IMG/VR virus record: IMGVR_UViG_3300018412_000010
Origin: a virus
Length of the DNA: 64,000 nucleotides
Direction: 5' to 3' (one strand)
Part shown: positions 11,566 through 22,095 of the stretch, piece after piece
Layout of the letters: every line of letters starts with the position of its first letter
Numbering within the stretch: the first letter of the stretch is position 1
The notes under the pieces: generated by a model
What the model was told of the DNA's origin: nothing
The model's database searches: none
What the model saw: the letters and a program-made list of their open reading frames with translations, nothing else
Program-made: the position numbers and the translations under genes

Positions 11566-11674
11566 ACAGACCATGTTTTTACAAATAAAATTGCCATTTC
11601 ATCTGTATGTAAAAAAAAGAAAGTAATATATAATAAATCATATTATATATATACTTTCCATAAAGGATAATCCT

Positions 11675-11887
11675 TTAAATTTTATAAATTTCACCAATAA
11701 TATATGTATCTCTTTCACATTCAATAGAAAATATATTATTAGTTAATACGTCTCTGAATACCGTGTAGTCATTTTTTACAGAAATAACTACGCAGTCTTG
11801 CGACTTTTTCTTTTTAACATTCCTTTTATTATCTGTCGCTTCTTCAACGACAATATCTTTTTCTACCTTAATAATATCATCAGACAT
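11675..11887 (-). CDS. Hypothetical protein
   Basis: 70 aa ORF with AAGGAG RBS. Confidence 0.6.
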   Translation of the reverse strand: MSDDIIKVEKDIVVEEATDNKRNVKKKKSQDCVVISVKNDYTVFRDVLTNNIFSIECERDTYIIGEIYKI

Positions 11888-11921
11888 TATTGTATCACTC
11901 CTTAAATATTGAAATAAGTGT

Positions 11922-11944
11922 AAAGAGGGTTATTTACCCTCTTT
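11922..11944. terminator. Intrinsic terminator hairpin
   Basis: AAAGAGGGT-TATTT-ACCCTCTTT perfect stem downstream of the major tail gene. Confidence 0.65.
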
Positions 11945-11983
11945 ACTATTTCTATGAACACAGTCGTGAAAACTCGGTGTCAT

Positions 11984-12106
11984 TTAAACACACATATCAT
12001 TAGGACAAAACCTAACATATGGACAGTAGTCATTTACTATCAAACATTTCAAATATTCAACATTATTAAAATGTTCTACTACCCCATTTTCACAAACCAT
12101 TTCCAT
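11984..12106 (-). CDS. Small Cys-rich protein (40 aa; possibly interrupted 58-aa gene)
   Basis: TAATG overlap with major tail stop; MEMVCENG...KCLIVNDYCPYVRFCPNDMCV*. Confidence 0.45.
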   Translation of the reverse strand: MEMVCENGVVEHFNNVEYLKCLIVNDYCPYVRFCPNDMCV

Positions 12107-13143
12107 TATACAGTACCTTTTAAGAATACATAATCCTTAAATGTTGTAGAACCATCAGTATATGTAACTTCAACAGTTGCAGTATCCGATCCGGTTACAG
12201 TTGCAGCAGTAACCAATCCACTTGCGCTAACTGTAAACTTGCCAGTAGGGTTAACAGTATATGTTAATCCAGAAACGAGTCTTGTAGGCGCAGTTGTTCC
12301 ACTATACATTAATTTAGTAACTAACTGTGCTGTTCCAGCTGTTGCCAAAGTAATACTTGAAGGTGTTGTAACAATTTCTGTAGCTGCAGTAGTAGCAGAC
12401 GCAGAAGCAACTGGAATCCATTTAATATACGCATAAGTATCACCATCAGCACAAGTAGCACCTTCAACACTTAGTGCTTTACCTGTCAACTTTTCAGTTG
12501 ATACGCCGTCGGCAGTAAATGAAAGTTCATAATTACCGTCTACTTGGAATGATGGAATATTAATCTGTAGATATTCTACAAGACCAGCCTTTGTATCTCT
12601 AACTTCTGCAATTAATGTTAGGTCAAGAATTGAAGGTGGTTTAGTAGCTTCGATAGATAGTGTATCTGCCGTTCCTACATATTCATAAGTAACATATAAC
12701 TTCTTGCTTGCACCATCAGCATAAGTGATTGTCTTACCAGAAATTGAATCTGGGAATGCAACTCGTCCATCTTCTAAGAAAATTGTTACATTAGATGCAA
12801 TAGCAGTAGTAGGTGTCTGTGCCAGCGTAACTACACCACTTCCATTAAATGTAACGCATTCTGTAGCCAACAAAGTTGTAGATGCTCCAGTAACAATAGA
12901 TGAGCCGGAATTTAATGCTAAGAATTGCTTACCAAAAATAGCCTGTTCGATATTTACTGTTAAATCTCTTGAGTGCTTATATGTGTATAATACCGCATTA
13001 TTTATTCCGCCTCGAACTACTGCTTCTTGCATAGCTAATGTGAAGGCTGAAGATAAGTTGGCTCTTCCATAAAATACACCCTGTTTAGTGCTTGCGTTTC
13101 TTCCGATTGCAACTGCAACGGAAACGATAAATCTATTTGCCAT
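12106..13143 (-). CDS. Major tail tube protein with C-terminal Ig-like domain
   Basis: 345 aa Ala/Thr-rich, highly expressed codon style, Ig-like C-terminus (VSASGLVTA); SPbeta-like synteny. Confidence 0.8.
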   Translation of the reverse strand: MANRFIVSVAVAIGRNASTKQGVFYGRANLSSAFTLAMQEAVVRGGINNAVLYTYKHSRDLTVNIEQAIFGKQFLALNSGSSIVTGASTTLLATECVTFNGSGVVTLAQTPTTAIASNVTIFLEDGRVAFPDSISGKTITYADGASKKLYVTYEYVGTADTLSIEATKPPSILDLTLIAEVRDTKAGLVEYLQINIPSFQVDGNYELSFTADGVSTEKLTGKALSVEGATCADGDTYAYIKWIPVASASATTAATEIVTTPSSITLATAGTAQLVTKLMYSGTTAPTRLVSGLTYTVNPTGKFTVSASGLVTAATVTGSDTATVEVTYTDGSTTFKDYVFLKGTV

Positions 13144-13162
13144 TTTTTCCTCCTATAAAAAT

Positions 13163-13939
13163 TTATTCTGAAAACTGCTTCAAATCTTTTTCAAAATCGT
13201 CAGCATTTATCAATATTGAATCATATCTACTTTTCTTGTTTTCTGAATATTCAAATGGACTTTCTATTTTTCCTGGTGCTTTTATCTCTATCTGACCAGA
13301 AGCCTCCAATGGTTTATATACTTTCCATTCTTCATATATTTTCAATAATTTTTCTTTTTTTTCAAATTCTGTTATAGTCCAATTGGACATATTATCCATG
13401 TCTACATTTGTTATTGTAGTGTATATAAAAATTCTATCATTTAAAGACGAACCACTACCACCCTTATTTGTGAAATTTAAAACTTTTTCCAGTTCTGGGT
13501 CAAATGATTCTATATATTCTACAGATTGACCATTCTGTTCTAACACGATTTCTCTTATTTCTTCAAATTCGTATTCACTTATTAATCTATCACCTATATA
13601 TATTTCATAATAAAAATCATCTTTATAATCATAGTATTTTTTTATTATACATATATCTTTATGTGTAACATATTCTAACAATTTAACCAATTTATCTACT
13701 ATCGCATTTCCTGTAGGGTCTACATTATTCACATAACTCGTTCCTTGTATGAAAAATAGTAAATATTTAAGATAACTCATTCGCATGATATCTTTATTTG
13801 ATATATATTGTTTCGGTATACACATTATCTCTAAAAAAATTTGATATACGTCAACGTCAAATAATAATATTGGATATAACTCAATGTCTCTATATAGCTG
13901 TGGCTCTCTTTTTAAGTGTTTTTTAATATCTATAGACAT
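13163..13939 (-). CDS. Virion morphogenesis protein (hypothetical)
   Basis: 258 aa ORF with MSYL..L and FEEIREIVLEQN motifs, between connector genes and major tail. Confidence 0.5.
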   Translation of the reverse strand: MSIDIKKHLKREPQLYRDIELYPILLFDVDVYQIFLEIMCIPKQYISNKDIMRMSYLKYLLFFIQGTSYVNNVDPTGNAIVDKLVKLLEYVTHKDICIIKKYYDYKDDFYYEIYIGDRLISEYEFEEIREIVLEQNGQSVEYIESFDPELEKVLNFTNKGGSGSSLNDRIFIYTTITNVDMDNMSNWTITEFEKKEKLLKIYEEWKVYKPLEASGQIEIKAPGKIESPFEYSENKKSRYDSILINADDFEKDLKQFSE

Positions 13940-13943
13940 AATC

Positions 13944-14498
13944 TTACCCCATATTGTTTGACATTACCAGCCATGAACCTTTCCACGGAACTGAACCATA
14001 CGCTTTGGCGCCATCACTATATGATTGTTTTGAATTCAAAGAAATTCTTCCTAATCCAGTTATATCCGCGCCATTTAATGTCAATATTAAATTTTTCATA
14101 AGACAATCTATTCTTGTCGTATGATAATCATCAACTGTTATATGATTTATCTTATAACTACAGTATATTTCAAATAACATTGAAACCTTTCCATTGGTAT
14201 GGCTTAACGGCTTTATGGCATACGGCGACACCTTCAAGATACATTGCGTTTCAGTTATAGCGTCATCTTGACCCCTATCAAGAAATACTCTATAATCAGT
14301 TGTATCTGGTTGCCCGCTATATATCAATGCCCTTTTTTCCGAAAGTGTTAAATTTGAATTTGACAACGGATTATTTCCAGTATACTTTAATAGCTTCCAA
14401 ATATCCTCATTGTTATTCATAAGATACTCTATGCAATTATTTGATAATCTATCATATAATTCATATTGCGCGTATTCAAAATTAATAGACATTACCAT
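13944..14498 (-). CDS. Putative tail terminator/neck protein
   Basis: Size and synteny in head-tail connector block. Confidence 0.5.
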   Translation of the reverse strand: MVMSINFEYAQYELYDRLSNNCIEYLMNNNEDIWKLLKYTGNNPLSNSNLTLSEKRALIYSGQPDTTDYRVFLDRGQDDAITETQCILKVSPYAIKPLSHTNGKVSMLFEIYCSYKINHITVDDYHTTRIDCLMKNLILTLNGADITGLGRISLNSKQSYSDGAKAYGSVPWKGSWLVMSNNMG

Positions 14499-15793
14499 GC
14501 ACCCCCTAATTCAACATTAAACACATATTGCTCCGCTGTTGGATAATTACTTGATGTGCATGTTATGCTTGCCTTCGTAGTAGTCGTTTTCTTATTAGTC
14601 ATGGATAATTCTGAGCCATTTATAGTGTATGTGTAATACAACTCCGACAATATGTCATTTTTTACAAAATTAAATACTGCGTCTGTTATGATTACACCAT
14701 TTTTATATAAACTAAATTTATACACACCTGTATCACCTCTATATAAAACAGACGGTGTAGGAGAACACTGTATGGTATATTTGTCTGCGCTAATTACATT
14801 TACTGTTAGACTATCTTTTATATCAGCATTATTTTTTGAATATACGTTTATAACATAAGAACCAGTTCCTTCAAATTTAATCTTCGCTTCATTGTTACTT
14901 TGCGTAATAGAATAACTTGAATTGCTTGATACGTTCCAAATTAAATCCTGTTTCGCTAATACATTATTTTGCAACATCGTAGCATTAAATGTATAAGTTT
15001 CATTAGATAATGAATATGTAGTGTTCTTTTGATTTATTTTTAAGCTATACGTATTTGAATAAGCATTAGCTATCTGGTTTGTTAAATCGTCTATTGACGG
15101 ATTAATACTGTCATATTCAAATGTTAATCTTATTATTGCGTTAGAAGAATCATTTTCTGTCTCTTGGTTTAAAAAGGATTCTATTCCTGCACCAGATAAT
15201 TTCAAACATTGTTTTCCAAATATAAATCTCTGATTTGGCTGTATACCCATAGTAATATCATTTCTTTGAATTATAGCTTTTCTATGACCACTTCCTCTAT
15301 CAATTTCTTGACTTATAGAATTTGTTAAAGAAAAACCTTCTTCTTCAAAAGATATCGGCGTTGTTTGTATTACGCCATATGCGTCTTTCCACCTCAATAT
15401 ATTATTACATCTTCTTATAACGACTGTATTCGTTACGTCAGTAACAATAATTTCATCTGAATTACATGTTATCCAATAGTTATTTTCAAACTTATATAAG
15501 TATCCAACGCCTTTTTCATGACTTGAATCCTTAAATATTATACTTTTATAACTATCTGACATTTTTGTTCCAGTTCCAACCGTTCTTACACTATTAATTC
15601 TACAGCTAAAATCAGTATATTCACCAGAACCATATGGTGATTCTTCTTGTATTGTAATGAATGACGTAGCCTGATCAAATTTACTATTAATCTTGTTTTG
15701 ATATGCCTCCGTCATTCTTTCTTTGTAGCTCAAATTATCAACATATCCAACATCGGACATTGATGCCAATAACCTAAAACTATCGTTAGCCAT
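14492..15793 (-). CDS. Head closure/neck protein with C-terminal Ig-like domains
   Basis: IRRCNNILRWKD motif of SPbeta-like connectors; beta-rich C-terminus. Confidence 0.55.
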   Translation of the reverse strand: MANDSFRLLASMSDVGYVDNLSYKERMTEAYQNKINSKFDQATSFITIQEESPYGSGEYTDFSCRINSVRTVGTGTKMSDSYKSIIFKDSSHEKGVGYLYKFENNYWITCNSDEIIVTDVTNTVVIRRCNNILRWKDAYGVIQTTPISFEEEGFSLTNSISQEIDRGSGHRKAIIQRNDITMGIQPNQRFIFGKQCLKLSGAGIESFLNQETENDSSNAIIRLTFEYDSINPSIDDLTNQIANAYSNTYSLKINQKNTTYSLSNETYTFNATMLQNNVLAKQDLIWNVSSNSSYSITQSNNEAKIKFEGTGSYVINVYSKNNADIKDSLTVNVISADKYTIQCSPTPSVLYRGDTGVYKFSLYKNGVIITDAVFNFVKNDILSELYYTYTINGSELSMTNKKTTTTKASITCTSSNYPTAEQYVFNVELGGAW

Positions 15794-16148
15794 TAACATC
15801 AACCCCATTCAATTCTTTATCTTTTATTTCACTGATAATTTTTTCTGCTAAGCCTCTACATTCAAAGACTTTTCTTCTCACGTATTGATGTTTGTTTTCA
15901 CTTTCATCTGGCTTAGGACATTTTAAAGCTTCTAAGTTTAATATAAGCTTTAAAAAATATTTACTATTCATTATATTGTCGTAAGAAATTAACTCATTTA
16001 TTAAATCATTTATATATACACTATATTGTTCCGTGCTTCGCTCTTCAAATATAGGTAATATTTTATATGTTAATCCAGTTAAATTATCTATATAAAACCA
16101 CGTTGTGTAATTTTTTATTTCACCATATTTAGTCTTCAAATATACCAC
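15786..16148 (-). CDS. Hypothetical protein (connector block)
   Basis: YKILPIFEE...VRRKVFEC motif; synteny. Confidence 0.55.
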   Translation of the reverse strand: MVYLKTKYGEIKNYTTWFYIDNLTGLTYKILPIFEERSTEQYSVYINDLINELISYDNIMNSKYFLKLILNLEALKCPKPDESENKHQYVRRKVFECRGLAEKIISEIKDKELNGVDVNG

Positions 16149-16151
16149 CTC

Positions 16152-16853
16152 CTAATAAATAGCAGGCGATCTACTATCAGACCCATAATTAAGGAACATG
16201 TCTCCCCAATCATTACTATTCATCAACACATTAGCTTTTTCCCTATATGAATTTACCCAATCCGTCTTTGCCTTTGTTACGGTTGCTTCACTTGCCATCT
16301 TAAAATCCGCATCTAATAACAGTCTTGTAATATCTTCCTCGTTATTAGAAACTTGTAAAGCCCATATATATGTCGCATGGCTTGATAATATACTTAATTG
16401 TCTATCAGTAATCCCAAGATTAAATTTTCCAATTATATATTTTTCAAACAAAACTTCATATGGAAACATTGGAGGGTTTGATATAGTTATAGTTTTAGAA
16501 CTTTCGTCATAGCTATATTTAACAACCTTTCCATTTATTTTACATCTTATAATACTATTATCATCCGGCAATAGATCGTCGGTTAAAACAAATGAATTGG
16601 ATGCGGTAAGCGTATATGTCTTATCTAAATATTGTGAATCCACCCTATCGGCTAATATAGGATATATAGACGTGGGGTTTGTATATTCGGATATACCATC
16701 TAACATATAATTAAACATCTTTTGATAAAATAAGAATTCATCACGCGCTCTCAAAGAATCAAGATTTTTTCTATCCTGTATTTTTGTCAAAACAGATGCA
16801 TATACATCAATAAATGAGTAATGTTTTTTTGGAGAACTCATATTAACCCCCAT
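16152..16853 (-). CDS. Putative head-tail adaptor
   Basis: Position after capsid-associated gene; 233 aa. Confidence 0.5.
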   Translation of the reverse strand: MGVNMSSPKKHYSFIDVYASVLTKIQDRKNLDSLRARDEFLFYQKMFNYMLDGISEYTNPTSIYPILADRVDSQYLDKTYTLTASNSFVLTDDLLPDDNSIIRCKINGKVVKYSYDESSKTITISNPPMFPYEVLFEKYIIGKFNLGITDRQLSILSSHATYIWALQVSNNEEDITRLLLDADFKMASEATVTKAKTDWVNSYREKANVLMNSNDWGDMFLNYGSDSRSPAIY

Positions 16854-17554
16854 TACATAACATTAGTAATCTTCTCTTTTATAAGTTTAGAAAATCTTCC
16901 ATTAGAAATTCTATTTAAATTATTTACAACCTCTAAGTTTAAGAATTCTTCTTTGTCGGCTGACGCTTCATTATACCACCAACTAATAAACATATCCTTC
17001 TGTGCTGGCATAAGGTTTTCATAATATTCAGCCAGTTCATTCTTTCCTAGACTAATTGAATCTTTATAGTTAAATATGGAATCAATAATTTCCGAATCAA
17101 GCAAAACACCATTAGACTCTAATATCTGCTGTCCGATTTCGCCAGTTAGTGTAATCCAACCGTTTTCAAATGCCTTTGGAAAACTATTTACTAACTCTAA
17201 TGCTTCACTTCTTGTAACTTCCTGTGTCTGCTTTAATTTGTGAAGTAAAATCAACTTATTACTTGACAATCTAAGTGCAGTAGGATAATCTTTTAAATGA
17301 ACGATTGTTACTTTATCAATACCTTCAAGGCTGATAATATTTTGCTGTGGCTGAACCGCTTTATTCTGTAGCATTTCAATTAATCTACTTTGGTCTGCAA
17401 TTAACTGTGCCATCTTAGCCTGCTCTGCTAGGATTTTTTCAATATCTAAAGAAGGTTTTTCATCCTTAACTTCAATTGTATTTTCTTCATTAATATCTTT
17501 TGCAACTTCTTCTGTCGCCTTAGTAGTTGTCTTATTCAATGTCTTAGTAGCCAT
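16853..17554 (-). CDS. Hypothetical head-associated protein
   Basis: RBS AGGAG; coiled-coil N-terminus; directly downstream of capsid gene. Confidence 0.55.
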   Translation of the reverse strand: MATKTLNKTTTKATEEVAKDINEENTIEVKDEKPSLDIEKILAEQAKMAQLIADQSRLIEMLQNKAVQPQQNIISLEGIDKVTIVHLKDYPTALRLSSNKLILLHKLKQTQEVTRSEALELVNSFPKAFENGWITLTGEIGQQILESNGVLLDSEIIDSIFNYKDSISLGKNELAEYYENLMPAQKDMFISWWYNEASADKEEFLNLEVVNNLNRISNGRFSKLIKEKITNVM

Positions 17555-17586
17555 TAATATCTCCTTTTATTCATAAAAATTAAAAT

Positions 17587-17612
17587 AACTGAGTGGCAAA
17601 AGCCACCCAGTT
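17587..17612 (-). terminator. Terminator after major capsid gene
   Basis: AACTGGGTGGC-TTTT-GCCACTCAGTT then ATTTT on minus strand. Confidence 0.7.
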
Positions 17613-17623
17613 AAAAAAACAAA

Positions 17624-18784
17624 TTAAGCTAGCTGAATTTCTCCATAAATCTGGTCGTAAACTGCTTCAACACCAACTCTGTAGTGTAGGGAAGCCTTTT
17701 CTACCATATCTACTGTATCCATAGCGGACTTCTGAACTGTAAACATAGTTCCTTCGAATACAATTTTGATTGGGCGTCTGCCGTTCATAGGAAGAATCCA
17801 AATCTTATCATTGTTAACTAGGAAGTCTCTTGTAGTAGCTTCATTAATAGTTGTAGGGTTTAGTAACTGCATAGCTTCTACTAGAGAATATCCAGACCAA
17901 GAACCGATATAACCCTTAACTGTCCATTCTTCTGAAATACCAAACTTCATGAAATCATTTTCTGGCACTACGTTGCCTAGTGCAACTTTTGTACCAAATA
18001 AAGATACAGGAACATTGTTATTAGCAGACTGTACAGCAGAAATTACTTCTCTAGCTGTCTTATCACTCCATCCAGAAAGCTTGTAAGCAGCAGGAACAGT
18101 TGTGATAAGTTCACCGAACTTCTTGTAAGCAAGTGCTGTGAAGAAGTGTGAATATCCAGCGGATGCTCTATAGAAGTTCTTACCAAAATCAAAGATTCCG
18201 GAAGCCATCTGATACCAGTCAGTATCGAATGTAATGTTAGTGTCATAAGGATTAACAGTTACAGTCTTAACATACTTTCTCTGGTTAGCACCAAATAGGA
18301 TGCCGCTTGCACTTCTTGAAACCTGGAAGATTTCATTGGATTCGATATCGAATCTTGCAGTATCACCGTAAGGAACGGACTTAACTTCTGCAATTCTTCC
18401 TAAGAAAGTAGTTGTTACTGCTGGAATAGTAGTAGTAAGAACTGTGTTAACTACTTCATAGTATCTTTCTTGGAAATCTGTTCTTGAAACAAAGTTAGGA
18501 TCTTTTAGTAAAGAAAGGTCGTCTTCGCTGAAATTTTCATCTCTTGTTGCATATCTTAGAACTGCAATTGCGAAAGCCTTATCTAAATCCTTACTGTCAT
18601 CCTTAACAGCAACTTCAAAATTCTTTTCGATTTCAGAAGCGATTGTGTTTTCTTTTTCGTTCTTTACCATGTTGTAGATATATTTCTTTGTAGCATCTAC
18701 ACCAATTTTTGCGATTTTCTTAACCTCGTCGCTCTTACTCTTATTGCAAGGCGCATCGTAAACGTCAAATGTTCTAATATTCAT
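17624..18784 (-). CDS. Major capsid protein
   Basis: 386 aa, optimised codons, AEVKSVPYGDTARF motif, position after decoration and scaffold genes, followed by terminator. Confidence 0.85.
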   Translation of the reverse strand: MNIRTFDVYDAPCNKSKSDEVKKIAKIGVDATKKYIYNMVKNEKENTIASEIEKNFEVAVKDDSKDLDKAFAIAVLRYATRDENFSEDDLSLLKDPNFVSRTDFQERYYEVVNTVLTTTIPAVTTTFLGRIAEVKSVPYGDTARFDIESNEIFQVSRSASGILFGANQRKYVKTVTVNPYDTNITFDTDWYQMASGIFDFGKNFYRASAGYSHFFTALAYKKFGELITTVPAAYKLSGWSDKTAREVISAVQSANNNVPVSLFGTKVALGNVVPENDFMKFGISEEWTVKGYIGSWSGYSLVEAMQLLNPTTINEATTRDFLVNNDKIWILPMNGRRPIKIVFEGTMFTVQKSAMDTVDMVEKASLHYRVGVEAVYDQIYGEIQLA

Positions 18785-18804
18785 AATATATATATCCTCC
18801 TATC

Positions 18805-19368
18805 TTATAGCTGTACTACTACACAAAGGTATCTGTCTCCAGATTTTTGTAGACCAGAATTTAACTGTAACTTTCTAAGAATCTTAACAGCAAATCCAGT
18901 AGCTGGCTTTGTTGCATTAGCTGTAAGCGTAGTTGCACCAACTGTAAGAATTGCGAACTGTCCAACTGTAGGCGCGGAAACAAAGTTGCTGTCGCCCAAT
19001 TCTAATGTGTCATCCATAAATGCTTCTCTAAATCTTGCTGGAATCTTACTTGTTCCGGATAGCGTAAGATTAGTTGTATCAGCACCTAATCTGTAAGTGT
19101 TTCCCTGTGCATCAGATGCCTCTGGAACCATTGATAAATCTGCAATATAAGCCTTATCTGTAAGAGCACCAGGTGTCTTGAATACAAATACGTTAGGGTC
19201 TGCAACGGATGCACCATAACCATAATCTGTTTCAAGTGTATAGTTCATAGTAGCTACTGCTCCGTTTGGAATGTTAAGGTAAGTAGCACCATTCTTAAGT
19301 ACTCCAGACTTAAGTGCTGCGCCATTAAACTGTGATTTCATGCTCACTGGTAACATATAGTTTGCCAT
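18805..19368 (-). CDS. Capsid decoration/cement protein
   Basis: 187 aa Ala/Gly/Thr-rich between scaffold and capsid, as in SPbeta-like heads. Confidence 0.65.
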   Translation of the reverse strand: MANYMLPVSMKSQFNGAALKSGVLKNGATYLNIPNGAVATMNYTLETDYGYGASVADPNVFVFKTPGALTDKAYIADLSMVPEASDAQGNTYRLGADTTNLTLSGTSKIPARFREAFMDDTLELGDSNFVSAPTVGQFAILTVGATTLTANATKPATGFAVKILRKLQLNSGLQKSGDRYLCVVVQL

Positions 19369-19389
19369 AATTGTATATTCCTCCTATTT

Positions 19390-21687
19390 CTATTTATCTG
19401 TCATATACTGATCAATCAGTTCTTCGTATGACTTTTTATTATTAACTTTTTCTGTGATGGCTTCTGATGTATATGCACTGTATTTATTTTCAATACTCTT
19501 CTTAAATACAAATCCACCAAATTTCTCAACAAGTTCGTCTTCGCAAGCAAATTCATTCTTGTTGATTCTGCTCTTCCAGTCTGCTTTTTCAGCAACTGTA
19601 ATATTGGCATCGAATGCAATTTCATCAAACTTATTAGACAATTCCTTACATTTATAAGTATCTAACTTAGCCTGCAATTCAGTCGCCTTGGCTTCAAATT
19701 CAGCCGCTTTTGTTGCAAGTTCTACAGTGTCTCTTGACATCTTATTAAATCCGCTTTCAAAAGAAACTTTCATTGGTGCGATTGTCTGAACATCATTCAT
19801 TTCAACGCCACCAACCTTAGTTGTCTGAACATCAAATCTCATATCAAGTGCCACTTCAAACTTTTCTTCAAAGTTATCAGATTTTGAAGCATATAACTTA
19901 TCTTCTACAGAATAAATCACATATTCACCGGCTTTACATACAAAAGTACCATTAGCCGCATGACAAGCTTCTACATCTTTATCAGATGGTGTGTTTTCTG
20001 CTTCAAGTTCAACTTCAGCCATCGTTTCTTCGGATGGTTTTTCTTCCATCTTTTCTTCCGCTGGCTTTTCCTCTTCCATTTTCTCCTCAGCAGGCTTATC
20101 CTCGGCCATTTTTTCTTCATCTGGCTGCTCTTCCATCTGCTTTTCGTCTGGATTCTCTTCCATTTTCTTTTCTGATTCTTTTTCTTTAGCTTCCATTTCT
20201 TCTTTTTCTTTCGCTAAAGTTTCATCAGTTTTGAATTCTTCCTTCACGCTATTCTCTCCCTCCTGCCCAACAGTTTCATAACCACTACATATAACCTCTT
20301 CTTTAGTTTCAAGGTATATTTCAGCAGTTTTACTATCTTGGTTTAAAGTATATTTTATTCTATATGTTCTATAATCATTTTCATAATCTTGCACATATAT
20401 ATAGGTATCATCTAAATCGCAAATCCAATATCTTCTACCATCATGATTATGTTCATCCATATCATCGTCTTCATCACAATCACATAGTTCAGATAATGCA
20501 ATGCTTAGAATTTCCTTCTTTTGATTTACCGTTAATTCAAAATTCTGTTCTTCTGGCTTTTCATTTGTCATTTCTAACTTATCTGGATATTCTACAATGA
20601 TTTCCTTATTATCCAAAATATCAGTATTTTTTTCAACAGCATATTTTTCAGAATCCTCATTCAATCCAAGTTGTTTTCGAATTCTTTCTACTTTATTAGT
20701 AATCGTATCATCACCTTCTGCCTTACTATAACCAAGTGCACTTGCAAGCCCACCTTTATTGTATACGGCTTCTTTGCCGATAATCTGACCGATAGGATAT
20801 TTTAATTTTTCACTTGGATTATCTTCCCATCCAGCCTCAACTTTTGCATAAATAAATCTTACAACCGCCTTGTAATTACTTGCGTTTAAAGCTTTTTTAT
20901 ACAATTCTGATTTATTTACATCACCCCAAGGTGTATCAGAAACTTTGTCTTTCTTAATAGTAATCTTTTCACCAGTACCAATATCATCTTTGTCAATAAA
21001 TTCCTTATTTTCAAAATTATATTGCATAAATGATTTAAATTTATTATATTGTTCCGATTCAGAGAATGCTTTTAAATTAGCACCAACAACCGCTTCTTGT
21101 GTATCATCGAATAATATAGTAACTCCCATACCTTTAAATTTATCAATTACTTCTACATCATAGTTTTCAGTATCATGCTTTCTCATATGTGATTCTAAAA
21201 CTTCAATTTCTACACTTATTCGCTTATTGTCTCTCTTAGATTTCCCATTCTTCTTATTTAAGATGTCTTTTACAAGTTCATAGTTATATTTTCTAAGTAT
21301 AACTGCATCCATACAAATCCAATACTTATCTTCTATTAATTCAATAGAAATATTAGAATCCGATGGTATATAACCAACCATTCTTTCACTATTTGCATCT
21401 AAATAGCTGTGATAAAATTCACCATATTCAGAATCATATAAAATACCAGACGAATTATGTCCGTCGCCTATTTTATATTCATTTGCATACTTATTTTTTG
21501 GGAATGCGCATAATAATGGTTTTCCTCGAAAACTATCTTTACTTATATCCATTCCATCTTTATCAAAATCACTTCTATTTAAATTTTCTCCGTTGGCTAT
21601 CGCTTGTAATCTAACCTTTAAAAAATGGTCGTCATTATCATCAATAAATTCAAAATTAGATACTGGAATATGCAAATTCATATCCAT
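19390..21687 (-). CDS. Prohead protease/scaffold fusion
   Basis: N-terminal protease-like region (GENLNRS, DGH, ISVEI, GVTIL) then acidic coiled-coil scaffold with EEKMEE repeats. Confidence 0.8.
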   Translation of the reverse strand: MDMNLHIPVSNFEFIDDNDDHFLKVRLQAIANGENLNRSDFDKDGMDISKDSFRGKPLLCAFPKNKYANEYKIGDGHNSSGILYDSEYGEFYHSYLDANSERMVGYIPSDSNISIELIEDKYWICMDAVILRKYNYELVKDILNKKNGKSKRDNKRISVEIEVLESHMRKHDTENYDVEVIDKFKGMGVTILFDDTQEAVVGANLKAFSESEQYNKFKSFMQYNFENKEFIDKDDIGTGEKITIKKDKVSDTPWGDVNKSELYKKALNASNYKAVVRFIYAKVEAGWEDNPSEKLKYPIGQIIGKEAVYNKGGLASALGYSKAEGDDTITNKVERIRKQLGLNEDSEKYAVEKNTDILDNKEIIVEYPDKLEMTNEKPEEQNFELTVNQKKEILSIALSELCDCDEDDDMDEHNHDGRRYWICDLDDTYIYVQDYENDYRTYRIKYTLNQDSKTAEIYLETKEEVICSGYETVGQEGENSVKEEFKTDETLAKEKEEMEAKEKESEKKMEENPDEKQMEEQPDEEKMAEDKPAEEKMEEEKPAEEKMEEKPSEETMAEVELEAENTPSDKDVEACHAANGTFVCKAGEYVIYSVEDKLYASKSDNFEEKFEVALDMRFDVQTTKVGGVEMNDVQTIAPMKVSFESGFNKMSRDTVELATKAAEFEAKATELQAKLDTYKCKELSNKFDEIAFDANITVAEKADWKSRINKNEFACEDELVEKFGGFVFKKSIENKYSAYTSEAITEKVNNKKSYEELIDQYMTDK

Positions 21688-21722
21688 GTATTAACTCCTT
21701 AATTATACTGCTGTATTACCGC

Positions 21723-22085
21723 TTATAATACATCATCTATTAAAACAGCCTGATTGTAGAAAACAATCGCGTCGCCCGCGGTTAATGTATAATTAGCATT
21801 TCCTTTAATGTATAAAGAAAACGTTCCATCCGGCTCAACTGCACCTTGTTCTATAGTATAATTAGTTGGTAGAGCTATAATAGTGCTACCAGCACCAATT
21901 CTATAAATTATTGCGTGCGTGATAACAGTCTCCACTTCATCAATATACCCAGATCCAATTTTACATCTTGTTGCTGTAACATCATCCGCTGTTACCCGCT
22001 TCACCTTCATAAAACCAGATTCTTTTGCTTTATAAGTAGGATTGTATGCGTCAGTTGAATAATAGTTACCTTTATAATCTGCCAT
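21723..22085 (-). CDS. Small virion-module protein, MADYKGN paralogue 3
   Basis: Shared N-terminal MADYKGNYYSTDAYNPTY; RBS AGGAGG. Confidence 0.7.
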   Translation of the reverse strand: MADYKGNYYSTDAYNPTYKAKESGFMKVKRVTADDVTATRCKIGSGYIDEVETVITHAIIYRIGAGSTIIALPTNYTIEQGAVEPDGTFSLYIKGNANYTLTAGDAIVFYNQAVLIDDVL

Positions 22086-22095
22086 TTATGTCCTC

